A stretch of DNA of 64,000 nucleotides from Raja brachyura. Taxonomy: Eukaryota. Shown here one piece after another: positions 56,301-64,000 of the stretch. The position numbers and the translations under genes are program-made. The notes under the pieces are model-generated. The model made no database searches. It saw nothing but the letters and a program-made list of their open reading frames with translations, and was not told where the DNA came from. The stretch spans positions 31,496,001-31,560,000 of the forward strand of contig OY740805.1 of assembly GCA_963514005.1 (NCBI GenBank), written 5' to 3'. Numbering within the stretch: position 1 is the stretch's first letter; each line of letters begins with the position of its first letter.

Positions 56301-59300
56301 GTCTCAAGAAACTCTCTCACCAATATCAATCATACTTTTATGAGTTTCTTACCCAAAAATCACTGCTCTTGATTCGACCGGACACGAAATGTCGCTTGTC
56401 TATGCCCTCCAGCTATGCTGCCTGTGCCGCAAGGTTACCCGAGCATTTGGTGTTGTCCGCTTTTTGTAATTCGTCTGGTATCATTTTTTGCTGTCAGCTG
56501 TTTGACGTCGTGTCTGTTTGCTGGATGTTCATAAGCCATTTGTCTTTTAACTTATTAAAAACTTTCCTTTATCTTAACAGAGCAAAAAATCGCCTTTCTA
56601 GAAGCAGGTAAACATTGTCAAAAATTAAATAAAACGATGTGATTTCATTTCTACAATCAGATTAACATGCATTCAATATATTCAAAGAAAAATGTGTTTA
56701 GCATTTTGGTGATGGTGGTAAAATGTGTTATAAGTGATAGTGATCAGCTTTGTTGCTGTTATTTTACGTTTCTTGCAGCCCAAGACAATAATATGGACAC
56801 CGGTGAGTCATATAACGAGTAATAGCGAGTGAATCCTGAACATATAACGAGTGGCTCGGGACTCTGAACATTAATATCCCTCCATCTGTTATTTGCACTT
56901 TATTAATTTATTAATTCATGGGTGTATTTATGTATAGAATTGTAGTCAATACCTTCTATGTCCTGTCGTGCTATGCAAAGAAAGATTTTCATTGTCCTGT
57001 CAAGGACACATGACAATAAACTCTTTTGACTTGACTTTTTTTGACTTTTGAACTCGAAATGAAATGATGCAGGCACTTGTAATTTCAGCTAAAATAACAA
57101 AATCCCTTCGCCAGAAGTTGGAACGAGCGAGAAAACAAGATGTGGAAGGAATGCTTGGGATAAATGAAATATCTCCGATTAAGTGAAGCTCATGAATGAT
57201 AGCAACGTTGCTGGACCCGATGGCGTTCTATATAAGAGGGAGGCGGAAAGTAAAATAAATTCAAAAGAGCAGCTGAAAAAAAACTGCCTATCGGCCTTTG
57301 GGATAATAAATAAAGCTTTGCATTTATCCTGGCCGTTGTTGGATGTTGCCAGGGTGTGTAAAATGCTACTACGTCACTGCGCCAGAGACCCGGGATCGAT
57401 CCTGACCGTGACTGCTGTATGGATACGGAGATTGTGCGTTTTCTTTGCTTGCAATAGGTTTGTTATAAGCACTTAATAAAGGGCTCACATGACCCAACTT
57501 TCTCGTCAGGTAGGAGGAGACAATGTAATTCAGTGTTATTCCCATTATACGTTCGTACCATTCTGGTAAAATAATATTGGATATGCCATCGTAAGCTCGT
57601 AATTTCTAATGTGATTGCATTTTAAGTGAGTGCTATATTTTGCAGATGATCGATTAGATGCAATCAGGGCAGGTAAATTAGTCCGTTAATTTGGATTGCT
57701 AATATGAAACCGCTATTGACATTTCACAGTTTCTGCGGTGTTTTAATTTAAATTTCGTGAGGTAAATAATAATTATTCTTTTCCCGTTAGAACTGCAAGC
57801 CCTCCGTGAATCTACAAGTGCGTATTCAACTATAAATCCTCAGTATTAGAAAAAATAATGTAATCATTCAAGATGTCGTTATGACTTGCATACTGTAAAT
57901 TAAGCCATTGCGCCTTTCGCATGCAGGTACTGTTGCCAATATTAAAAAAAATTACCACGTAGAGAAACTTGTATAACCCATAATAATGCAGCACCGTCTG
58001 TAGCAGTGGAGCTGCTACCCCACTACGCCAGAGACCCAGGTTCCATCCTTACCTCTAGTGTTGATTTGTTGTCCCTGTGACAGCGTGGCTTTCCTCTGGG
58101 TGCTCCGGATTCCTCCCACATTCCTAAGAAGTGCAGGTTAGAAGATTGGTTAGCTTCTGTGAATTTCACCGAAGGTGAGATAGCATAGCGCTGGTGTACG
58201 CGTGATCATAAAAACATGGAAACATAGGAAATAGGTACAATTCGGAGAAAATAGGTGCCAATAGGAATAGGACATATGGCCCTTTGAGCCTGCACCGCAA
58301 TTCTATATGATCATGGCTGATCATCCAACTCAGTATCCTGTACCTGCCTTCTCTCCATACCCCCTGATCCCTTTAGCCATAAGGGCCACATCTAACTCCC
58401 TCATAAATATAGCAAATGAACTGGCCTCAACTACATTCTGTGGCAGGGAATTCCACAGATTCACCACTGATATCGGTCCTAAAAGACCTCCCCCTTATCT
58501 TTCAACTAGGACCCCTTGTTCTGGACTTCCCCAACATCGGGAACAATCTTCCTGCATACAGCCTGTCCAACCCCTTAAGAATTTAGTAAGTTTCTATAAG
58601 ATCCTCCCTCAATCTTCTAAATTCTAGCGAGTACAAGCCGAGTCTATCCAGTCTTTCTTCATATGAAATTCCTGCCATCCCAGGAATCAGTCTGGCGAAC
58701 CTTCTCTGCAAGAATATCTTTCCTCAGATTAGGAGACCAAAGCTGTACGCAATACTCCAGGTGTGGTCTCACCAAGGCCACACTGCTGTACAACTGCTGT
58801 AGAACCTCCCTGTTCTTATACGCAAATCATTTTGCTATGAATGCTAACATACCATTCCCTTTCTTCACTGCCTGCTGCACTTGCATGCCCACTTTAAATT
58901 ACTGGTGTACCATGACACCCAGGTCTCGTTGCATCTCCCCTTTTCAAAATCGACCACCATTCAGATAATTCTACTTGCCTGGTCTTATCCATCAGAGTGG
59001 ATAACCTCACATATATCCACATTTACTGCATCTGCCATGCGTTTGCCAAATCACCCAACCTATACAAGTCACCCTGCAGCCCCATAGCATCCTCGTCACA
59101 GTTAATACTGCTCCCCACCTTCGTGTCATCCGCAAACCTGGAGTTGTTGCATTCAATTCCCTCGCCCAAATCATTAATAAATATTGTAAATAGCTGGAGT
59201 CCCAGCACTGAGCCTTGCGGTACCCCGCTAATCGATGGTCGGCGTACACTCGTCGGGAGAAGGGCCTATTCCCACGCTATATCACCAATCTACACTCAAC

Positions 59301-60791
59301 TGAATATGTAACCTGATTTTGAGAATGAAGAGACGATTTACGGAAGTAGAATCCGGCCACTGAAACAATTGACTTGTCTGGCTGGTGGTCAAAGCAAGAC
59401 CTTCCACCGATGTGGTTGATCATTACATTGAAAGGCTGTGACTCTTATGGGTACATTGCAGAGGAACTAATTACCAACATACGTACGTAAAAGAAAATAG
59501 GAAGAGATTAGTTATTTTAGATTAGTTCAACTGCCTTATTGCAAACATGAGATAACCTTTAACTACACTAGATTGAATGAAATCAGACCTAATTGAAAAG
59601 TCACTAAGGCAAATACAAAGGCAGAAGCAACTTATATCCGACTAAGCAAATTACAATCCCAGTTATTATACGACACATATAAGATTAAATATATGTCTAT
59701 ATGCGGAAGTCAATATATGTTTCGGTTTGAATAATACAATCTGTTAAACAGAAAACAGATATATCCCTGAGCTTAACTTACTTTAAGAAAAGTATACAAT
59801 AAGGTATTTATGGTAATTTTTGTTTGGCTTAGTTTGAATTTGGCTTACATTAATTCAGTTTAATGTAGTGTAGTTTAGAGATATAGCGCAGAAATAGGCC
59901 CTTCGGCCCACCGAGCCGGCACCAAACAAAGAATCCCGCACATTAACACTATCCCACACATACTCGGGACAATTTACACTTATAACAAGCGAATGAACCG
60001 ACAAACCTGGGCGTGTTTGGAGTATGGGAGCAAAACCGAAGATCTCGGAAAAAACTTACGAGGTCACGGGGAGAACATAGAGACAGCACCGTCGTCAGGA
60101 TAGAACCCAGGTCTCTGGCGCTGCAAGCGCTGTGACGCTGCAACTCTTCCGCACGCCACAGCACTGCCCTAAAATTAAATATATATATTTATATCTGAAA
60201 GAAAGCCACCCTTGTACATCAATCCAATTTCATCAATAACATCGCTTCCTGGACAGCAGTCAACCGGTGCAATCTTGGATGCAAAGGCCGTAAAATTGTA
60301 ATTTTCACAATAACATGCAGATCCGTAACCAACGTGACCATCTTTATAAGGAATACGTCGCATCTTAAAAGTGGGAGACGGTTTCCAAGTTCAGACAGCG
60401 ACGTAGAATGCGTGCTGCTTTCGAAACTAAGCGTTTTATTTCTAATAGTTTGCGCTGAGGTTAAAACATGTTAAAATTTAGTTCTGAGAATGTTTGCGAT
60501 TATTTTTCAGAGCAACAACTATTGACCAAAGAAAACGGTGTGTGTTTGGAAATTTAGATGGACATTGCGAAATTACATTTATCCTTAGAAAACACGGAGA
60601 TGCTGAAAATCTAATGTATGCGAACAAATCACATGAAAAAAAAATCCCGACAGACTCCACAGCACCTCTGGGAGGAGAAAAATGGATGACGTGTCATATG
60701 AAATACATAAGAGAGGAAAACATCCCTCGTCTTTCAATATTTCCATTGGCTCTTCTCCCACTCTCACACGCACGCACTAATTCATGCGCGT

Positions 60792-60877
<86 letters not shown>

Positions 60878-63715
60878 TTCCCTCCTTAATCTCTCACCAT
60901 GATGACTTATCGCTTAATCAACAGCCGACTTTTATTACATTCCTTCCGTCAGCCTTGCAATGGCGGGCTTGCTGGTCTCTCTCTCACAAAGTAGTTTCGA
61001 CCTAAATAGTCAATTCAATTTCTCTTCTCCTTACTTTCCTTTTATGAAAGTTCTGAAGTCTATTATTTCTCAATATTCCAGAAGCTAAGTAAACAATTTA
61101 AAATTAATTACCTACGAGTAAGTTGTTTATTGGAATTTGAAATTGGAAGGTGTTGCCATTTTCCTTTTATTCAAGTGTCAATGTGGAAGATTGAAAGGGT
61201 TCAAAGGTCGTTTATTGTCACGTGTACCAATTAATGTACGGTGATCGAATAAATGCGAGTAGTCGGCATACTGTTTTGAATTTGTAATGGCTGACCACAT
61301 ACATTACCTTAATTTTTAGAAATGAATACTATGCTACTTAGTCTGCAAGAAAAAGGTGAATGAATTGATTGAATGACAATTTAATCCCATCTAAACTTGT
61401 CGTTTGATTATATTGTGGTCCAAGAGACGGCGGATAGAAGTCTGCGCTTCGTATTTATGCCTAATTAGTGTGGACGACCAGGACAATTGGATGCGTCGCA
61501 GTTTCCAGAATGACAATGTACCATCAAACGATTTATGGTGAGCTACTAATACCGGTCAAGTTGATGGCTCAAAGATTGATCCCTGGTTGATTAAATTGTA
61601 AAATGTGCTGGATAACGAGTAACAACTGCAATGATTCCCGTGTAGTTAAATACAAAATAAAATATTTTAAAATGAATAAATAAAATAGTTTAAAAATACC
61701 TGTGATGAAACAATGTATTTACGTCAGAATGTACATTCTTGAAGAAATTGAAACTCAAATCTATCTCAGAGATAAGGAGATAAACCATTTATTTACATTT
61801 AAACCATTAATCAATGGCGGTGACGCATTCATCCGATTACCATCAATGATTATGGCATCTATAAATGTGACGAAGCATAGGAAACAACACTAAGATTAGC
61901 ACGCTTTGTTTTCCTCTTTCCATTCTTTAATGCACTCAATCGCACAGCGACAGGCATTTGCACTGCCATCGATCATCGATAACTGCAATATTCGTAGTTC
62001 CATTCACCGTGGAGGCCACAAACAACCTGAACCACAGGGTATATCCAGAAACGCCACTGTTATAACTGTGAATATATATAGAGGGTGAACAGCCTCGTGC
62101 AAAAAAAATAATTGTTCGCACGAAGTACAAGTCATTTTTGTATTTACTAGAACAAGGATGTTTACATGTTGCCGTTCATCACTTTAAATCTTGAGCGCTT
62201 TATACCCAATGTGGGCTGAACGTCACGCTGTCCGAACTGTCTCGAAAGATGAGGAGCACATTTATGGTGATTGGATTAGGAATGGGAAGTACGTGATATC
62301 CTAACTATGCTTATTTTGGTTTGAAAGATAACGTACTATCAATGAGAACTGCAGGTACGCTCACATCGTTCAGATTTTCGTTTGTATTTCTCACTTCACG
62401 ATGTTGAAACATACTGTATTCCACTGTTTTAAATTCCCTTTGGCATGTGCTGTTCATTCACCAACCTGTATGTGTTTATGTCTGTCTGTGTGTTTGTTTG
62501 TTTTTATCGATTGTTTTATTCTTTTGCAATAGCAGCAGTAATGAAGGATTGGAGATATGTGGGTTGTACGTGTCAACATTCGGGAGATATACAGAGCTTA
62601 AGTTCAGCAACTGCGAACAATCCTGAACATTTGTACTTACAGATTATTTTGTTTGCTGATCTTTTCTTTAAAATGCGTAATTATGTGATAACTCTCGGTA
62701 ATTCTCTGGAGCAAAGTAATTAAAACCCTTAAAACAAAGCAAACTGTAAAATATTGATGAAATGTGTTCTATGCACTCACAAAAGCAACACTAAAGACCC
62801 ATTTATTTATTTTTTCAATTCTGATGTTAAAGTCTCGTTGTATTACGATGGGATTTAACATCGACGCCAAACATTCTTTCAATCACTTTCAGGAAAGGCT
62901 TCAGCAACGGTGATATGCCAGTCAATTTAAATGCAATAGCACAGTAATGTAAATATATAGTACCCAGTGAAAATATATGTAACAATTTGCAGAACTTTGT
63001 GGAAGAAATATCAAACATGCTTACTTCCAGAACTAGAGAGAGTGAAAGACAATCTGCAAAATGCAGGTAAGGGTATATTTTTAAACTGTTAGGTATTAAC
63101 TCACCCTAACTTATTATTTCGGGTTTTGTAAAATATATCAGTCTTGAATAGTGATATAAGTAGAGTTTAAAATTCTTCTGGGTTGCTTACTGGAGTAAGC
63201 AAAGGCATAGGTCCGTACCTACTGGTCGGCACAGTTATAGCGTGCAAAATGAACAGTTTCTGGGCCTGTTTGATTTAATTGAGCCGAAGACTTATGACAA
63301 TCGAAATAGAGATGGAAAACTGGGTGATATTTAAATTAGTATTATCTACTTTTTTTTTAATACATTGACTGTACACACCGAAATTAGCACGAATTTTCTG
63401 AAGATCTGATTCTTACCGGTTTTTAGACTCACTTATCCAATCTAGTTTCTGAACAATAAACACAATACAACCAAAGTAACATAGATGGAAATAGTGGAAA
63501 TAGAAATGTAGTAGATTAGGATGGTGTATGAAAACAGCTCTAAGATCCGATAGCATATGTCAAAAATGAAATCGATTTTTGTAGATACCTTTCATCAGAA
63601 TCTCTAGCCGTTTCCCAAACAGGTGTTGTATTTTCCTTTTCAATATATTGTGTTTTGTTACATTCTATTTTACATTATTTAACTACAGAGGCGCAATTGG
63701 GAGACAAGGTTAAAG
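20268..63715 (+). CDS. Gene B (5' part, runs past window): putative secreted/anchored coiled-coil protein; leader exon, 117-nt exon and 32 micro-exons
   Basis: 34 predicted exons give one stop-free frame of 1153 nt (384 codons + 1). All junctions are phase 1 with canonical AG/GT. Hydrophobic N-terminus followed by heptad-patterned E/K/L-rich sequence. Confidence 0.82.
20870..21375 (-). mobile_element. CR1-like LINE 3' fragment
   Basis: [29 protein letters not shown]. Confidence 0.9.
21677..21793 (+). CDS. Gene B exon, 117 nt ([39 protein letters not shown])
   Basis: ttcatttctacaacag|...|gtaatt; 39 codons, open in phase 1, purine-rich. Confidence 0.78.
22640..23415 (-). mobile_element. Unclassified GC-rich interspersed repeat
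   Basis: Sharp composition shift and (atcata)n end; a partly similar stretch occurs at about 43290-43440. Confidence 0.45.
24318..24353 (+). CDS. Gene B micro-exon, 36 nt ([12 protein letters not shown])
   Basis: tgtgcattacag|...|gtaaga. Confidence 0.88.
24704..24730 (+). CDS. Gene B micro-exon, 27 nt (EAVLSEKEE)
   Basis: tattttctttcag|...|gtgtgt. Confidence 0.85.
25180..27775 (+). mobile_element. CR1/HER1-like LINE ORF2 (partial, frameshifted), with a nested insert at about 26104-26380
   Basis: [55 protein letters not shown]; insert is a minus-strand Rex/L2-type 3' end. Confidence 0.92.
28054..28089 (+). CDS. Gene B micro-exon, 36 nt ([12 protein letters not shown])
   Basis: gtattttattcag|...|gtgact. 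Confidence 0.85.
28180..28455 (-). mobile_element. CR1-like 3' end, degenerate
   Basis: Similar to 46540-46875 and to the reverse complement of 1-312. Confidence 0.65.
28832..28858 (+). CDS. Gene B micro-exon, 27 nt (ENTFGQQEK)
   Basis: gcttctgtcaacag|...|gtatca. Confidence 0.8.
30277..30312 (+). CDS. Gene B micro-exon, 36 nt, linker-like ([12 protein letters not shown])
   Basis: tatttttctgcttcag|...|gtagag. Confidence 0.7.
31158..31193 (+). CDS. Gene B micro-exon, 36 nt ([12 protein letters not shown])
   Basis: tttttacattgcag|...|gtaaac. Confidence 0.88.
32145..32171 (+). CDS. Gene B micro-exon, 27 nt (ERLLLKRET)
   Basis: tctacttctttcag|...|gtacgg. Confidence 0.82.
32301..32749. other. 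Assembly gap (449 N) following a (TCTA)n tract
   Basis: Run of N. Confidence 1.
33471..33497 (+). CDS. Gene B micro-exon, 27 nt (DSELIEKDT)
   Basis: ataatccctcaacag|...|gtaaga. Confidence 0.85.
34745..35340 (-). mobile_element. Penelope-like element 3' fragment
   Basis: Reverse complement resembles 5560-5990 (endonuclease end and tail). Confidence 0.75.
35774..35809 (+). CDS. Gene B micro-exon, 36 nt ([12 protein letters not shown])
   Basis: ttggttttatcag|...|gtgagg. Confidence 0.87.
36144..36170 (+). CDS. Gene B micro-exon, 27 nt (EKSRRDQEN)
   Basis: ttttctcttgaag|...|gtaagt. Confidence 0.82.
37399..38235 (-). mobile_element. Rex/Babar-like LINE 3' fragment with (TTCA)n tail
   Basis: [26 protein letters not shown]; closely similar to 53680-54500. 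Confidence 0.88.
39096..39131 (+). CDS. Gene B micro-exon, 36 nt ([12 protein letters not shown])
   Basis: gtttcctttccag|...|gtgaga. Confidence 0.88.
40947..40973 (+). CDS. Gene B micro-exon, 27 nt (EDTCNEKER)
   Basis: tccctcatttag|...|gtatgt. Confidence 0.85.
41095..41130 (+). CDS. Gene B micro-exon, 36 nt ([12 protein letters not shown])
   Basis: ttttatttctcag|...|gtgagt. Confidence 0.88.
41456..41482 (+). CDS. Gene B micro-exon, 27 nt (QESLKQRDK)
   Basis: tttttgcacaatag|...|gtaaac. Confidence 0.82.
42713..42748 (+). CDS. Gene B micro-exon, 36 nt ([12 protein letters not shown])
   Basis: cactatttacag|...|gtaaga. Confidence 0.78.
45299..45322 (+). CDS. Gene B micro-exon, 24 nt (VNKVAQVK)
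   Basis: tttctttcttgcag|...|gtagta. Confidence 0.7.
46160..46505 (+). mobile_element. Rex/Babar-like 3' fragment, degenerate
   Basis: ctcccatcaggccgcaggtat..cagattcagggacagtttctt; same type as 6770-7237. Confidence 0.6.
46540..46875 (-). mobile_element. CR1-like 3' end
   Basis: ccagcctcaactacctcc..ccatacacccaccacc..gtgtgaaaaag. Confidence 0.75.
47029..47055 (+). CDS. Gene B micro-exon, 27 nt (DLEKVRGNL)
   Basis: ctgtttactttag|...|gtatgc. Confidence 0.84.
   Translation: MWRKFVEI
47628..48060 (-). mobile_element. Penelope-like element 3' fragment
   Basis: [24 protein letters not shown] plus terminal repeat; homologous to 5560-5990. Confidence 0.85.
48150..48176 (+). CDS. Gene B micro-exon, 27 nt (EDQLKEKSN)
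   Basis: tcttggtttgagcag|...|gtaggc. Confidence 0.84.
48971..48994 (+). CDS. Gene B micro-exon, 24 nt (ELTKFQEK)
   Basis: tttacctttccag|...|gtaaat. Confidence 0.82.
50223..50249 (+). CDS. Gene B micro-exon, 27 nt (ENQMFEKQR)
   Basis: ttattttgattacag|...|gtaata. Confidence 0.84.
51233..51259 (+). CDS. Gene B micro-exon, 27 nt (EMESLIKIS)
   Basis: tttccttgacag|...|gttcgt. Confidence 0.8.
51921..52208. mobile_element. MITE with long terminal inverted repeats (Harbinger-like ends)
   Basis: gcccctgtcccacttaggaaac..gcggttcccggagg versus cctccgggaaccgc..gtttcctaagtgggaccagggc; about 80-nt imperfect TIRs. Confidence 0.8.
52755..52781 (+). CDS. Gene B micro-exon, 27 nt (EKENELKER)
   Basis: cttccttatttcag|...|gtagtg. 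Confidence 0.82.
53040..54500 (+). mobile_element. Rex/Babar-like LINE RT and 3' end, frameshifted
   Basis: [37 protein letters not shown] motifs. Confidence 0.9.
54507..54830 (-). mobile_element. CR1-like 3' fragment
   Basis: [25 protein letters not shown]. Confidence 0.88.
55984..56019 (+). CDS. Gene B micro-exon, 36 nt ([12 protein letters not shown])
   Basis: atttgtttttcag|...|gttcgt. Confidence 0.84.
56581..56607 (+). CDS. Gene B micro-exon, 27 nt (EQKIAFLEA)
   Basis: cctttatcttaacag|...|gtaaac. Confidence 0.86.
56779..56802 (+). CDS. Gene B micro-exon, 24 nt (AQDNNMDT)
   Basis: cgtttcttgcag|...|gtgagt. Confidence 0.8.
57646..57672 (+). CDS. Gene B micro-exon, 27 nt (DDRLDAIRA)
   Basis: ctatattttgcag|...|gtaaat. 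Confidence 0.84.
57791..57817 (+). CDS. Gene B micro-exon, 27 nt (ELQALREST)
   Basis: ttcttttcccgttag|...|gtgcgt. Confidence 0.8.
57985..58205 (+). mobile_element. HE1-like tRNA-derived SINE, degenerate
   Basis: cgccagagacccaggttccatcct (B-box-like); ctccggattcctcccacattcc core; related fragment at about 57360-57450. Confidence 0.65.
58210..59230 (-). mobile_element. CR1-like LINE 3' fragment
   Basis: [25 protein letters not shown]; 3' end matches 54507-54830. Confidence 0.9.
59860..60170 (-). mobile_element. HE1-like tRNA-derived SINE
   Basis: gtcaggatagaacccaggtctctggcgctg head; CR1-type ggcccttcggccc 3' tail. Confidence 0.75.
60511..60537 (+). CDS. Gene B micro-exon, 27 nt (KQQLLTKEN)
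   Basis: attatttttcag|...|gtgtgt. Confidence 0.82.
60793..60874. repeat. (CA)n microsatellite
   Basis: Near-perfect dinucleotide run. Confidence 0.95.
61320..61355 (+). CDS. Gene B micro-exon, 36 nt ([12 protein letters not shown])
   Basis: ccttaatttttag|...|gtgaat. Confidence 0.84.
62328..62354 (+). CDS. Gene B micro-exon, 27 nt (DNVLSMRTA)
   Basis: ttttggtttgaaag|...|gtacgc. Confidence 0.75.
63031..63066 (+). CDS. Gene B micro-exon, 36 nt ([12 protein letters not shown])
   Basis: gcttacttccag|...|gtaagg. Confidence 0.9.
63689..63715 (+). CDS. Gene B micro-exon, 27 nt (EAQLGDKVK)
   Basis: ttatttaactacag|...|gtaagc. Confidence 0.86.
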
Positions 63716-64000
63716 GTAAGCGTCTAGAATGAAGGAGATATCATTCTATAACGATCAAGATGCTGAGATTTGATCTTCACATAACTTGGATATACTGAGA
63801 ACAGACAAACGTGAAAGTTTCAAAATAGATGATGGAAAGTTGTCATGGATAAAGTTCCCTCTCGCACAATAACACATAAAATATGGCAAGGATTGCAAAC
63901 ACCCCCACAGCGTGGCGCGGACATAACCAAGAAATATTTGTTAGCAATAAACAAAGGTATTAGATTTCCTTCACTCACCAAAATTATTTCACACCTGTCG

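Noticed and set aside
511-63715. Naming the gene as butyrophilin/BG, CD23, triadin, TSBP1 or an SCPP
   Set aside because: No Ig, B30.2 or lectin exon seen; exon sizes differ from 21-nt BG exons; triadin is K/E low-complexity rather than heptad; SCPP introns are phase 0.
1-64000. CRISPR arrays, rRNA/tRNA genes, prokaryotic systems
   Set aside because: Eukaryotic intron and repeat DNA with no repeat-spacer arrays; tRNA-like motifs are SINE heads.

Overview
Vertebrate genomic DNA, most likely a cartilaginous fish (skate/shark), inferred from the repeat mix: CR1/HER1-like LINEs, HE1-like tRNA SINEs, Penelope-like elements and Rex/Babar. Almost every long ORF in the supplied track is a transposon relic or spurious. 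The main signal is invisible to that track. Reading splice sites by eye gives 40 plus-strand micro-exons (23 x 27 nt, 13 x 36 nt, 4 x 24 nt). All are AG...GT flanked, phase 1-1 and stop-free, and they splice into an E/K/L-rich heptad coiled coil whose basic unit is a 36+27 nt (12+9 = 21 aa) exon pair. They appear to form two tandem genes. Gene A has 8 micro-exons at 511-6710 (3' part). Gene B starts with a signal-peptide-like exon (ATG 20268) and a 117-nt exon, followed by 32 micro-exons up to 63715; it encodes at least 384 aa and continues past the window. I do not recognise the gene. It resembles a vertebrate micro-exon gene family encoding secreted or membrane-anchored coiled-coil rods. All exon models are manual predictions without transcript support, and repeat boundaries are approximate.
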